From: Saccostrea echinata
Taxonomy: Eukaryota
Direction of reading: 5' to 3'
NCBI RefSeq assembly: GCF_033153115.1
Contig: NW_026889758.1
Location: 51,460,001 to 51,524,000, forward strand
DNA length: 64,000 nucleotides
Shown: one piece after another, positions 1 to 13,855 of the stretch
Layout: the number at the start of each line of letters is the position of its first letter
Position numbering within the stretch: the first letter of the stretch is position 1
Notes under the pieces: generated by a model
Database searches by the model: none
Seen by the model: only the letters and a program-made list of their open reading frames with translations
Told to the model about the DNA's origin: nothing
Program-made: the position numbers and the translations under genes

Positions 1-212
1 TTTTTTTTTTTAAATCTGAAGAACCTCAATAAAACGATTAATTCGCACACTATAAATAAATCATATGGATTTTTTTTTCAAGTTACGAATTCATGGTTAC
101 AGTTGGCTTAAATCCGGATCAAATTTAACATAATGCAGGTATATAAAAGAGAATTTTCTTCCCCATAACTGCAAGACCATGTTAGCTTAATTGAAGCGTT
201 CACATGTTGTGT

Positions 213-1012
213 TTGTTTGTTTGTATGTATGTTGTTTAACGTCCCTCTCGAGAATTTTTCACTCATATGGAGACGCCACCACTTGCCGGTGGAGAGCTGC
301 AAAGGACTATATTGTGTAGTGGCCAGTATCTGCCCCCAAAATAAAACTTTGATGGAGAAGTCTTTAATTATGTTCTAAACCAGGTGGATATTTGCAGACT
401 TCAAAGCATTAAGTATTTTTATCAACTATGACATCATTAGTTAGATATGACGTCAATAAAATGACGTAAATTCCAAATTGCAATGATTTTGAGAGAAAAT
501 AGCGTATTTTACGTCGGTATTTTGATTGGAAATTACCGAGCGCAGGTCTGCTCAGACTAGATCTTTTGATATAATGTGTAGAATGATAATATCAATGAAA
601 TATGTGAATATGGTACCTGAGCAGGCTTGCGCTCTATAAATACTATAGTCAAAATTGAACATACTCTGTGCATTTTGGCCTCTATTTTAAAAATAACGGA
701 AATCCAAATAGTTCGTGACGTCACAGAAACAAGAAAAGCCAACTAATTTTTCCAATTTCATAATATATTGTCTTAATTTGGATTATTTTATACAATATAT
801 GCACTTTTTCTCATTTCACTTACGGCCATTAAGCAGTGAGGGATCTTTTTCGTGCCAGCACCTACTGCGACACGGGACCTCGGTTTATTCGGTCTCATCC
901 GAAGGACCGGTCTCCACGTCCCACAGTGGGATTCGAACCCGCGACGTAAGAATCAACTCCTTACTCCGCGACTCTAGAGCAGACGCTCTAACCACTGCGC
1001 CACGCGGGCGAC
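213..1012 (-). mobile_element. tRNA-derived SINE, family A, interrupted by a ~510-bp insert at ~304-816
   Basis: Matches the intact copies at 11416 and 20039. Flanked by the 13-bp direct repeat TCACATGTTGTGT (200-212 / 1013-1025). Confidence 0.85.
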
Positions 1013-1491
1013 TCACATGTTGTGTGGATTCAGAGACATTTAAAACATAATATGGGGTCACACTTCTCCCTGGGAATATAATAATCTTTTTAAAAATCTG
1101 AGCAAGAACAGCGAGGCCAAAGTTACTCGGGTAAGCGTTATGGTCTATAGGCATTATGTTAAATAATTTACACTGTTTACATACATTAGTGCCAGTACAA
1201 TTTAAATGATTCGGATTTTTATAGCAAGATTTAGATAGACAAGATTGAAATACTGCTGTTCCCTAATATTTATAGACATACATTTTAACAGGTTACATAT
1301 TTAATTTACGTCCGTTGAATGGGACGTTTAATGATGTCCTTTGTCAAGGATTACTACCACCTTAGCATGAAAAAGATCGTTCCCTGGTTTTCGATGAAGG
1401 TAGGGCTCACTGAAAATCTTTTGATTTAAAGATGAAGCAGGGGAAATCAAAAGAATTAAAATAGAATACAGTAGAAAGATCTGAAGAAAAA

Positions 1492-2567
1492 AGAGGCCCA
1501 AGGACCTTAACGGTCACCTGAGTACAATACAACAATTTAGAGGATCCATAAACTGATAAATGAAGCTTTGTTGCCCAAAAGCAAGAAAAATAGTATGATT
1601 AGCATCAACAAAATAATTGGTCTAGTATCTATCTGTCCCCCATTTATCACTATTACCATGCAGACTATTCCCAAAATGTCTTTTTTTTAACCCCATATTA
1701 TTACTTCTCACATTGGCCTCTCTTGGCCTTTGAAGAACATTTAAAAGATAAGTTATTTTTGTCTCATTTTTATTCATCTATTATTTCCAAGTCATTAAAT
1801 CTATGAAAGTACTTTGTATTATACAATAAATATTCTTGCATAATTCTCTTATTCTATTGACCTTTCAAATAATTATTTTCATTGATTAATTATCAAAGGT
1901 GAATGACAAAAGGGAATAACTTTGCTCAGCAGAATACAAGTTAATAGAGCCCTGGCCAGGACCAGAACACTTGACTAAATGGTCCAAGTGTTCAAAATTC
2001 TGGTAAAAATACCCTTGTTTATTAAAACTTTGACTCTGTTTGCCTCGAACATTCCCAGAAGCAGAGAAGATTTACAAAGAAATGCATTTTCACTATATTA
2101 TTAAATAAATGAAGCCACATCTTTAAACCAGAACATCTAACTCATTAGCCATGAACTCACAATTCTGGAAGAAGCACCCTTTCTCAGCATAACTTTTACT
2201 TTATAACCAGTAGTAGAAAAAATATTTTGAAAGAAATTATGCATTTTCACTATATAATCAATAGAGCCCCCCCCCCCCCCGAACCCCTTGAATTTCACAA
2301 TTTTGGAAAAGGCATTCTTCCTTATCCTAACCATGCACTTCCTTTGTTTGAAAAATACCCAGGAGCAGAGAAGAAGAGAAGAAGATTTTGAAAGAATTTA
2401 TGCATTTTCCCTATATAATCAATAGAGCCTCACCCTAACACCAGAACCCCTGACCAAGGAGCCACGAAATTCATAATTTCTGTGGAGGCATGCGCAGCCA
2501 TGCTCATCAAAACTATGTTCTTAGTTTATTTAATATCCAGGAGATTTTCAAAGAATTAATGCATTTT

Positions 2568-2645
<78 letters not shown>

Positions 2646-3310
2646 ATAGAGCCCCACCCCAACACCAGAACCCCTGACCAAGGGGCCATGAAATTCAAAA
2701 ATTTGGTAAGGGCAACCATGCTCATTATAACTATGCACTAAGTTAGTTTATTCAATACCCAGGAGCAGAGAAGAAGATTTTCAAAGAATTAATGCATTTC
2801 TACTATATATAATCAATAGAGCCCCGCCCTAACTCCTGACCCCCTGATCCAGGGGCCATGAAATTCACAAATTTGGAAGAGGCAACCATGCTCATCATAA
2901 CCATGTACTTACTTAGTTTATTTAATACCCAGCAGCAGGAAGATTTTCAATGAATTAAAGTATTTTCACTATATAATCAATAGAGCCCCACCCTAACACT
3001 AGAACCCCTGACCGTGGGGCCATGAAATTCACAAATTTGGAAGAGGCAACCATACTCAATATAACTATGCATTTAGTTAGTTTATTTAATACCCAGGAGT
3101 AGAGAAGAAGATTTTCAAAGAATTAATGCATTTTCACTATATAATCAATAGAGGCCCGCCTAACACCAGAACTCCTGACCCAGGGGCCATGAAATTCACA
3201 AATTTGGAAGAGGCAACCATACTCAATATAACTATGCATTTAGTTAGTTTATTTAATACCCAGGAGCAGAGAAGCTTTTCAATGAATTAATGCATTTTCA
3301 CTATATAATC
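1492..3310 (+). mobile_element. Non-autonomous Helentron-like (HINE/pearl-type) element with ~165-bp tandem array, 3' truncated
   Basis: Begins AAGAGGCCCAAGGACCTTAACGGTCACCTGAG. Repeated units GAGAAGAAGATTTTCAAAGAATTAATGCATTT...CCCCTGACC..GGGGCCATGAAATTCAC run across ~2050-3310. Confidence 0.65.
2571..2642. repeat. (TA)n microsatellite
   Basis: Visible TA run inside a satellite unit. Confidence 0.95.
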
Positions 3311-3314
3311 AAGA

Positions 3315-3403
3315 CTGACTTAGATCAGTCGCGACCAAGATTCGAACTCACGACCTCCCGATCACGGAGCGAGCGCACTACCGACTGAGCTATCGTGAAC
3401 GGT
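3315..3403 (-). mobile_element. SINE family B 5' tRNA-like head fragment
   Basis: Reverse complement of GACCGTTCACGATAGCTCAGTCGGTAGTGCG...GTTCGAATC, as in the copies at 8039 and 21495. Confidence 0.8.
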
Positions 3404-3750
3404 CAAAAAGGGGAGAAGGTCCTATTTTTGTTGAATATGGTGACTACTTGTGATCATTTAGGATTGAAATGCATTGATAGGTCACTAAATACAGTTTTGA
3501 CTGTATCATTAGAATGAACTTTAGAGAAAACTTGTATTAACATAAAGTAATGACTTGGGAATCGAACTAGTCCCACCTACTTTGTCTACTGCACCGGTGT
3601 AGGTTAGATTTCTCAATTTTGAATCGAACTTTCTTGGACTGTACCTTGTCTTAAGATGCCGTTCCTACTGCTGCTTCTTGTGTAGTTGATACTGCTTTTC
3701 TGTCTTTTCGATAAGATATATTAAATTTACTATTAGGGTAAAGTTCTTAC

Positions 3751-5401
3751 CTGTATGTTGTTACAACACTTATATTGTTGCCTTTCACAATGGAATATGT
3801 GTGAGTCACATCTTGCCATTCCTTGTTCTTTGGCAAAGGTGTTTTTGAAAACCACTTTATCTCGTACCAAACACCAACATACTGAAATTTTTACGATTGA
3901 TATTCTTGAAATGCGCATTCTGAAAGAATATTTCCATGGGTAAAACCGTAATTTGGTAACTGGACATGCAAAAGCTCGTAATTTTAGCTATTGTGCTGCC
4001 GCAAGGTTTTCCGTACAAGCATTCTAGTTTAAAAAGTCTTATTTATGCATTAGAAAGATAGTCCCTATATTTTCTGTTTCATATGTGTAATGTCACAGTG
4101 CAGAATTGCATTCTAAAGTATTGACTATAACATGTTATCAGTGTAGACCACTCCACCCTGGTCATCTTTTCTAGTTCGTGTCTTGTGAATCAACAATCAA
4201 AAACCTACTTTAAATACGTATTGAAAAAAAAAAGAATCCTTTGAGAATTTAGACGATCTAACGATGATTATATATATTTCTAGGCTTTTATGTTTGTACG
4301 TCGTGGCACAGAGGTAATGCCAACGACACCCTCTCTTACCCATGAATTTGGAATTTAAAGATGAATAATTTTGGAGTTTACTTGAATTTTCCCTATATAA
4401 ATGATGCGTACACAAATGATTCATTGAATAGATCATTAATTATTATTACTTTGAAACAAGACAGGAATCGTGATTTTAACGACAATGTGTCCGTGGGTCT
4501 TGACACTCCATGGGTATCAAAGCTTCTGGAACCTGAAATAAAGTCCACAATATGAAGAGGACTAATGTTCAAATTCAAGGTTGTCTTCACGATGCTTAAA
4601 AGTAACATTAATTTGTAAACGCAAAATATATCAACTTAGCCATCCTGAACACTGACTCTGGGACATGAAATTTCACATGTGGTAAGAAACTCCAGGCATA
4701 CTGGCCACAGACATACAATATAACTACTCAGGGAATAAATCAGGCATGATGGAAAGGGTGGAGATAAAGAACTGTGATCAACCTAACAAATCTTTAAAAT
4801 GATACAAGAGCAAAAACAAAGACCCCCTTAAAAACGCAAGAGGTGGGATCAAGTTCCTGAGAGGAGTAATATCCCCTCTCGACTGGCAACACACGTTTGA
4901 GCCCATCTTGAAAGAAGATTTAAATACAATGTATATGTAAACTGGACTCTACGTTATTTATCAGTCAAAATTGTACCAACATATGCATGCAGTATTTATA
5001 TCATATGAATAAATAAGCCTAACCATTGGACTTGGACCAGGGTGACAGACTTTTTACCAATTCGTTAGCTGCTACTAATTATATGCAAACAGTTTTCCTG
5101 CTAGATATCCATACGATATATTTCCAGAACGGAACTGGAACAGACAAATCCAACATTAGCTTTTTAGTCCTTTCTTAACCAAGCAAAAAATTTACAGAAA
5201 TTATGAAGTATTTATCAGCTCACCGAAATCTTGATAATCGATTTATAGCATTCAGAAAAAACGAGAAATGCTTACCTTGGATGGGTCAAAGTTTGACTGT
5301 ACTGCAAAGTTTGAAACATCGCAATTGATACCGAAAGTGGAATATGCACCGTAACTAAAGATGCAAAAGACAAACGTCCATTTTCGAATGTAGCCGCCCA
5401 T
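3751..5401 (-). CDS. Secreted lipocalin (retinol-binding protein/ApoD-like), coding exons 1 (5276-5401) and 2 (3751-3881); remaining exons not found in the window
   Basis: Exon 1 reads MGGYIRKWTFVFCIFSYGAYSTFGINCDVSNFAVQSNFDPSK followed by the donor GTAAGC. Exon 2 follows the acceptor TTTCAG, reads YVGVWYEIKWFSKTPLPKNKEWQDVTHTYSIVKGNNISVVTTYR, and ends at the donor GTAAGA. The in-phase join gives a signal peptide plus C-x-V-x2-F-x-V-x2-NFD-x3-Y-x-G-x-WY (lipocalin SCR1). Confidence 0.85.
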
Positions 5402-5644
5402 TTTTAGATGTTAATGAACAATTGTACGATGTTGAGATTACTTGTGTAATATTGACAGTGCAAAGATTACAGATGGTCACAAGCAGCTACTCTGATAACG
5501 CTTCCCTTTACTTGCTTTCGATAAGATTACATCTTTAAGATATCACTTAAGCAGATAAATAGTGTGCAGTTTTTAAAACAGAATGTGGGTGGTGGCTATG
5601 CTAATTAACACGGAGAGTTCTGTGTTAGAATGCATTCTTATTTC

Positions 5645-5910
5645 ACCCGTTGTCGCAGTGGTTAGAGTGTTTCCTTTAGAGTCGCGGAGTAAGGAGTCCA
5701 TCCTTACTTTGCGGGTTTGAATACACTCCGAGAAGGTGAAGACTGGTCGTATAAACCGAAGTCCTATGTCGCAGTAGGTACTGGCACAAAAAAGCCCTTA
5801 CTGCTCGAAGGCCGCAAGTGCCGAATATTAGTCTAAATTTGCAACCCTTCACTGGCAAGTAGAGACCTGTCAATACAAGTGAAAAATTCTTTAAAGGACA
5901 AACAAACATA
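5645..5910 (+). mobile_element. Degenerate SINE family A copy
   Basis: GCAGTGGTTAGAG...GTCGCGGAGTAAGGAG...GTGAAAAATTC...ACAAACAAAC. Confidence 0.7.
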
Positions 5911-6815
5911 TTATCACCCGTTATGCAAATATCCCACATTTCCATCTGTCATTAATGCCCTGGTATATGCAACAAACTAGACTGTTTCATTAAACAATTA
6001 ACCACATCACCCATCCAATTTAGTGCATTTGAGAAATGTCGAATTTCTGGAGCCAAAAATTATCTCGGGCAGCTTTTGTCTTATATGGTCTATCTGAGCT
6101 CGTGTGCACCGACTTCCACTTGAAATTTCGTTCGCACGAGAGCTGACTCAAAACCAAACTAGGTGAGATAGAAAACAAGTCCACTGCTAAAATATTTTGT
6201 CCACTTTTAATTTTTTTTAAAGGTTGATGAGAAAATTTTTTTTTTTTTTTAAATGTTTATAGTACCGGAAATTGACGACCATTTCTATACAAAACATCTA
6301 AGCGACATCATAAATGTAAGGATAACCTTGGAGTTCTGTGAGTTACCTCCTCTGCAGTTATTTGGAAATTTGTCAATGTGACCTTGAACTTGCCAAAATG
6401 ACCTTGGTTGAAAACTAGACGCCATTTTCACAGTATTTATGATTTTTCATACTCACTAGTGTTGTAATACATTCTTCAAGATTTCTGGTTAAACACTTAA
6501 CAATTATGACCAACTTATGACCAAATAGTACTCCTAACAAGTGAAATGATATATAACACTCCATGTTCTATACAACAAAAATATTTAAGATATATCACTG
6601 AAAAAGTGGGGTACTTTATGTTATGCTGTTGCAGCTAAATATTGTCATAATTTTCCAGCTTTTGTTCCAGGAAATTCATAGAAGAAGCTTCTGATAATGG
6701 ATGCAAAGCCAATGTGAATCCATCCCTCTTTTATATGCAATGTAATGTATTGTAAATCAACAAAATAGGGTTGAAAATATGTAAAAATGCAGGCTTGTTA
6801 AGTTTTTAAATAAAA

Positions 6816-6996
6816 TTTCACCACTTGAACTCACAAATAAAAAGAAGACATCTTACTCCATTATTTTTATCCTAATTTTGTTTTGAAAATATAGTTGAAT
6901 AATAACATTTCACCACTTGAACTCACAAATAAAAAGAATACATGTTACTCCATTATTTTTATCCTAATTTTGTTTTGAAAATATAGTTGAATAATA
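6816..6996. repeat. Two-copy ~92-bp tandem duplication
   Basis: TTTCACCACTTGAACTCACAAATAAAAAGAA...GTTGAATAATAA occurs twice. Confidence 0.9.
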
Positions 6997-8038
6997 AAGA
7001 AAACATTATAGAAAAGCTTGAGTGGATAATTTGAAACTTGACAAAATGACGTATTTTCTTATACGTGGCATAAAAATGTCCCCAAGTTCTGTAGTGTCCG
7101 CAACATGTGCTTATTTTGGAATGCATAAGAATTATATTCTTTTATTTTACAGGTAAGAGACAATGCAGCTACTAATCTATCTACCAAAAAAAGACTCTAA
7201 CTCATTGCTGCTTGGTCTTCTGGCAGATATATATTGTTTTGTTGAGTCCGCAACATCGTAGAGTCCGCAACAGCTTTTTAAAGGAAAATGAATGATTTAA
7301 GTTGATCATTATTGTACTATTACTTACTTTTTTAAATATCGATATTATAATAACGCTTAATAAAAACTCCGAAAACGATAAGGACACATAGTATGCAATG
7401 ACAAAGTTATCAAGAACATCAACAAATCAATAGCACAAGAAACATCATTCCAGACGTACACCTCATCGGTAATGTCTTTTTCTTCATCAGCTTTATGATC
7501 ATCAAAAGTCTCCTCATTGAAAGCCTCAACTCTGTCTTTCTTAGATGATTTACAACGAAGGGCACCTTTTGTTTACTGAAAGCGTAGTAGCCGTTCAAGA
7601 TCAGCGACCTTTATCCAGACAAGTGTTACTTCTGATCATCTTGTTCTCATGACGTAAGCGAAGTTGAAGAGCGGTCAACATCACACCAAGTACCTCAAAC
7701 CCTAAAACAGTCAACAAATATGGTTCTAAATGTGGAATAAATTGCAAATTCACTGGTAAATTGACAGTGATTCCTGAAAGACAAACAACCAATGCTAACA
7801 AAGTTGTAAATGAAAACCCCATTTTTCTCCTGCGTCTGCGGGAATCAAATATCCAATAGACGTTAAAAATCTAGTGAAAGCAATGGGAATTATAAGGGTT
7901 ACTTATGTCGGATTTCTCTGAATCTCTAATTAAAATTTATTTCTGTCGCGTCATCAAGAGTTGATCCAAAAGAAATATGAGTAATTCATCGATGCACCAA
8001 TAAGTTACCAATTTTTAAATCCCTTTACTTCTCAAAAG

Positions 8039-10049
8039 ACCGTTCACGGTAGCTCAGTCGGTAGAGCGCTCGCTCCGTGATCGGGAGGTTGTGAGCTCGA
8101 ACCTCGGCCGCGACTAACCTAACTCGATAAAAAATGGGTAGCAACCGTTCCTTCGCCATGCGCTCGGCACTTTGAAGTGAAAGCGAGTCCTTCGGATGAG
8201 ACTTTAAAAACCGAGGCCCCGTGTCACGGCAGGCGTTGGCATGATAAAGATCCTTCACTGCTCAATGGCCCTGAGTGCTGAGTAAAGGTAAACCAGAAGT
8301 CTCTGATGAGACTGTAGCTCTACTGGTCTGTTTGTATAACAAAAGAAAAGTAGCACTTGGATTTGAAACATTGCAACATGCAACAATAAATAGAATTATG
8401 TATCTTAATGTAGTCTACTTTTGTGACAAGTTATATTGAAATCAAATGAAAACTAGGAGTAGTAGCGTTTTGAAAGTATTTCACTAAAATTTCTATTTTT
8501 AGTAACCATGACAACACCATTCACCCAAATAAAAAAAAACAGAAATACATATTATGTATCGTAGTGTATTCTAACTGTGTGCCAAATTAGATTGAAATCA
8601 GACCAAAATTGTAGGAGGAGTAACGTTTTAAAGGAATTTCAAAGAAATTTCTATTTTAAGTAACCATGGCAACACTGTTCATTGAATTCAAAAACCAATG
8701 CAATAAATTATGTATCTTAGTATAGTCTTCTTGTATGCCTAATTATATTAGAAGCAGACTAAAACTGTAGCAGGAGTAGTGTTTTAAAGGAATTTCACAG
8801 AAATTTTTATTTTTAGTAACCATGGCAACACCGTCAATTGAATAAAAAAACCGATGCAATAAATTATGTTTCTTAGTGTAGTCTACTTGTGTGCCAAGTT
8901 ATATTGAAATCGGACCAAAACTGTAGGAGGAGTAGCGTTTTAAAGGAATTTCACAGAAATTTCTATTTTTAGTAACCATGGCAACACCGTCCATCGAAAT
9001 CAAAAACCGATGCACTAAATTATGTTTCTTAGTGTAGTCTACTTGTGTGCCGAGTTATATTGAAATCGGACCAAAACTGTAGGAGGAGTAGCGTTTTAAA
9101 GGAATTTCACAGAAATTTCTATTTTTAGTAACCATGGCAACACCGTCCATCGAAATCAAAAACCGATGCACTAAATTATGTATCTTAGTGTAGTCTTCTT
9201 GTGTGCCAAGTTATATTGAAATCGGACCAAAACTGTAGGAGGAGTAGCGTTTTAAAGGAATTTCACAGAAATTTCTATTTTTAGTAACCATGGCAACACC
9301 GTCCATCGAAATCAAAAACCGATGCACTAAATTATGTAACTTAGTGTAGTCTACTTGTGTGCCGAGTTATATTGAAATCGGACCAAAACTGTAGGAGGAG
9401 TAGCGTTTTAAAGGAATTTCACAGAAATTTCTATTTTTAGTAACCATGGCAACACCGTCCATCGAAATCAAAAACCGATGCACTAAATTATGTATCTTAG
9501 TGTAGTCTACTTGTGTGCCAAGTTATATTGAAATCGGACCAAAACTGTAGGAGGAGTAGCGTTTTAAAGGAATTTCACAGAAATTTCTATTTTTAGTAAC
9601 CATGGCAACACCGTCCATCGAAATCAAAAACCGATGCACTAAATTATGTATCTTAGTGTAGTCTACTTGTGTGCCGAGTTATATTGAAATCGGACCAAAA
9701 CTGTAGGAGGAGTAGCGTTTTAAAGGAATATCACAGAAATTTCTATTTTCAGTAACCATGGCAACACCGTCCATCGAAATCAAAAACCGATGCACTAAAT
9801 TATGTATCTTAGTGTAGTCTACTGGTGTGCCAAGTTATATTGAAATCGGACCAAAACTGTAGGAGGAGTAGCATTTTAAAGGAATTTCACAGAAATTTCT
9901 ATTTTTAGTAACTATGGCAACACCGTCCATCGAAATCAAAAACCGATGCACTAAATTATGTATCTTAGTGTAGTCTACTTGTGTGCCAAGTTATATTGAA
10001 ATCGGACCAAAACTGTAGGAGGAGTAGCGTTTTGAAAAATTGTTTACAG

Positions 10050-10087
<38 letters not shown>

Positions 10088-10237
10088 GGACGGACGACGG
10101 ACACCTTACTATCGCATAAGCTCTTCTGGTCTCTGACCAGTAGAGCTAAAAATTTGAAGCCCTTCACCGGTTTATGGTGACGTCTCTATATGAGTGAAAA
10201 ATTCTCGAATGGGACTTAAAACAACATACAATCAATC
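8039..10237 (+). mobile_element. SINE family B (Meta/Deu-like), split by the HINE at 8290-10150
   Basis: The 5' part (8039-8289) and 3' part (10150-10237) rejoin to match the intact copy at 21495. Flanks are TTACTTCTCAAAA / TTATTTCTCAAAA (TSD with 1 mismatch). Confidence 0.85.
8290..10150 (+). mobile_element. Complete HINE/pearl-like element with ~10 copies of a 156-bp repeat and a (GACA)n tract
   Basis: Subterminal AGCTCTACTGG near the 5' end; 156-bp period (e.g. 8941 and 9097); (GACA)n at ~10048-10100; 3' hairpin AGCTCTTCTGGTC-TCT-GACCAGTAGAGCT; inserted in an A run with no TSD. Confidence 0.85.
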
Positions 10238-11415
10238 ATTTATTTCTCAAAAAATCTCACAATTTAAGTATCAATTCACTTTGAGTCCTATCAGCTATTT
10301 CTTCATTACGTCAAAACCAAGTGACGCACGTCATGATTATTTATGAGATTACGTCAAAAACTGATCATGTGACCACATTCCTAAATAACGCAAGATGGAG
10401 TGTTATCTACTAAACAAGTACATTAATTTACGAAAACTTTCATTCTCTTAAAAACTGTTTAAAAACCATTTTTAAAATCCAATTTTTTTTGTACAAGGAA
10501 CACGATTTTTGGCTCACATTTGCAATTTGTGACTTTATCGATTATGTCGATCGTTCACGCGATCGTATCATATTGTACACCGCCTTCGGCGGCACCTATT
10601 TAGCGCCATATTTATAGGGACCTATGTACTAGAAGTGTTCCGAAAAGTGTTAAGATCTCAAAAAACCTAAACAATACAAATCTGTGAACAAATCATGAAA
10701 AGTGGATCCCCGGAAATTCCAGAGGTGAGATCAATAAAAGAGAGTACGAGGGACGTTGGGGGAAGATCTGTAAATCTATAAGACGTCCCGTTACAGTATC
10801 AATCACTCTTGACCCTTATGCCGTAATTGCATCGTCTGTATGACAAGCATTCTTTCTCAAGTATTCATTTATGCTTTTGTCCACAACTGGACAAAGAGAG
10901 CATATATCCTGACAGGTTTATTTTTGGTGATGCTGGTCATAACTGCCGAACACAAAGAGTACTTCTGTTGTTTTAAGATGAAGAGTGTCTACGTGTTGAA
11001 TACATGATAGTTAATTTATAATTCATCACAATCTAAAGACTATACCATTTTAAATTTTCAATATAATTATATAAAGGATCAAAATCATTGTTATACATAA
11101 TCTGATCTAATACAGCGATATGTACATGTTTCGTCGATGCGATCTAATATGTTAAAATACTTCATAAATCAAGTAAATGTAATGGTACAATAATATTTAA
11201 AACATGTCATGTCCAACAATGTCAAAAGAAAAAAATACAATATTCAAGACTTAAAGAACAAAAATTAAATGTTATCTTGAGTGGAGAAATTAACGCTGTA
11301 GAGAAAATTTGGGTTTTATTGTTGGAAAATGACTTTATGCCAGATGCCTTTTCCAAATTTAGAAGGGAAAAGTACATTCAAAGTTATGTTCTACATCTGC
11401 GTCAGACATCTTTTA

Positions 11416-11714
11416 TTGTTTGTTTGTATGTTGTTTAACGTCCCTCTCGAGAATTTTTCACTCATATGGAGACGCCACCAATTGCCGGTGGAGAGCTGCA
11501 AATTTTTTCCTATACTCGGCACTTACGGCCATTGAGCAGTGAGGGATCTTTTTCGTGCCAGCACCTACTGCGAAACGGGACCTCGGTTTATACGGTCTCA
11601 TCCGAAGGACCGGTCTCCACGTCCCACAGTAGGATTCGAACCCGCGACGTAAGGATCAACTCCTTACTCCGCAACTCTAGAGCGAACGCTCTAACCACTG
11701 CACCACGCGGGCGA
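11416..11714 (-). mobile_element. Full-length SINE family A
   Basis: tRNA-like head with A/B boxes, a CCTTCGGATGAGAC core and a (CAAA)n tail; TSD CAGACATCTTTTA. Confidence 0.9.
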
Positions 11715-12419
11715 CAGACATCTTTTAAGTGAGGAAAATGTCCAATACTTACTGCACTGTATGTGGAAAAGAAGCGAGACCAAATGAAGGTTATTCTTGG
11801 CAAAGCCTGTGCGCGTGGTTTTGAAACATACATGTAATTTAATTCTTCGTGAGAAAGCCATGAACTTGTATTTCTCATCTTGTGGGCAAAAAATCGGTTA
11901 TATTCGGATTAGTTCTCATACAGCAAGAGACAGTAAAAAAGCAATATCTTCCGCAATCCATGCAGAACAATTAGCAAATTTCGGGATCTATTGTTGCGAA
12001 GTGAAGACATAAGGCTAGATTTGGAGGAAACTGATTCTCTCAATCTAGATTATTAATACCTAACACTGCAGTTTGATAAACCGTGTCAATTTACACTTTG
12101 CGCAATGAAACTTGCTCCATGGGAACACGTGTAGGAATAAACAGAACTACGCACTGGTCTTTCAAATAACATTTCAAAACATAATTTAGCATCTATAATT
12201 TTTTGTGTTTCTAAAATTGTTAAGAGTTGAAGAAAAGTGTTGATGACAAAATTTGTTCCATAATACAAGGACTTGACCATATCATACGAGGTGAAGTGAT
12301 TCAGTCTCACTACCGTATTTGCTCGGTAACTTCTGAAATCAGTAGATTCACTTACCACCATCATTTTTCTCAATGAATATAAATATATTGATCGATATTG
12401 AAAAAAAGTATTGCATGGG

Positions 12420-13855
12420 ACCAAGGAATATGTATTGATCTTGACCCAAGGTCATTCCAGGAAGTTCAATGTCACTGGATGAAAAAAATAATCATATTCT
12501 TTTATTGGCTATAACTTTGTTTAATTGGAAGTTGATATTTGACATAGATACTGTTTATAACCATAATCTGAGAGTGGTTCATGACCTTGAAAAGGTAATG
12601 TTAAGTTCAAGGTCACTAACAAAAAAAAGTATAAAACTGATTGAGAGACATGAATGCTCATGCCGCACACAAAGATTGTCTATGACCTGAAAGTGTGTCG
12701 TGAACTTGACCCAACTAAGTTCAAGGTTACTTAGTAAAAAAAAATTTAAATTCTGTCCTGACCATATCTTGCAACGGATAACATTACATTAGAGGCTTAT
12801 ACATATCAGAAATATTGCATATGACCTGAGATATGTCTTAATCTTAATGGTAATTCAATACCTTAATCTTGACCCAGCTCATGCTCATGCCGCACACAAA
12901 TATTGTCTATGACCTGAAAGTGTGTCATGAACTTGACCCAACCAAGTTCAAGGTTACTAACAAAAAAAAAGTATAAAACTGATTGAGAAACATGGATGCT
13001 CATGCCGCACACAAAGATTGTCTATGACCTGGAAGTGTGTCATGAACTTGACCCAACTAAGTTCAAGGTAACTAAGTAAAATAAATTTAAATCCTGTCCT
13101 GGCCATATCTTGCAACGGATAACATTACATTACAGGCTTATACATATCAGAAATATTGCATATGACCTGAGATATGTCTTAATCTTGACCCAAGGTAATT
13201 CAATACCTTAATCTTGACCCAAGCTCATTCAACAAAGTTCAAAATCACTGGCAGAAAAAGTGTATTATTCATGTCTCTTAAGTAGAGTCTTGTTGGAAGT
13301 TGATACTTGACACGAAGATTGTTCGGGACTTCAATAAGAGTGTCATAATCTTACCCAAGGTCATTTGGGCAAGTTTAATGTGACTGGTGGAAAAAAAGTA
13401 TCAAATATCTAATTGAAAAACATTGGACATTGCTTAAGTCCTAATATGTGTCATGACCTTGATCCAAGATTATTCTGTCATGTATCAAGGTCACCTGGCA
13501 GAAAAAGTGTAAAATTTTTGTCCAGCTCATTATTCTCTAATAGATAAGATTTAGAAATTGAACCTATTCGCCATCTGAAGTTATGTCATAACCTTGACCC
13601 AAAAGTTATATTGGCACTTCAAGGTCTAGAAGAAAAATATAAAATTCATGTCAGATATATTATTTTCTGAGGGAGAAATACTGGAGGTCAATAAGCCACT
13701 CAAACATAGCTTGAGACCAAAGGATGTTTTTTTTTTTCAAACCAAGGTCACTTTGGGAAGTTCAATGTCACATTTGAAATTATTAATATGGGTACCTCTA
13801 AAAAGATGCAGCGGGGCTACAACTTTGTGAGCCCGCTCACAGTACCTCTAGTTTA
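12420..13855 (-). mobile_element. Degenerate HINE-like element with a GACCTTGACCCAAGGTCA-type tandem array
   Basis: Recurrent CTTGACCCAAGGTCA/AAGTTCAAGGTCAC units; internal ~300-bp duplication; terminal TGTGAGC..GCTCACAGTACCTCTAGTT. Confidence 0.6.

Noticed and set aside
715-1154. Recurrent similar ORFs (also 8025, 11466, 16034, 20084, 21391)
   Set aside because: Chance translations of SINE sequence.
3646-3703. Candidate lipocalin exon 3
   Set aside because: It would need a ~47-nt intron, and the peptide does not look like a lipocalin.
8390-10035. Regular array as CRISPR or coding repeat
   Set aside because: Head-to-tail 156-bp units with no unique spacers, inside a HINE.
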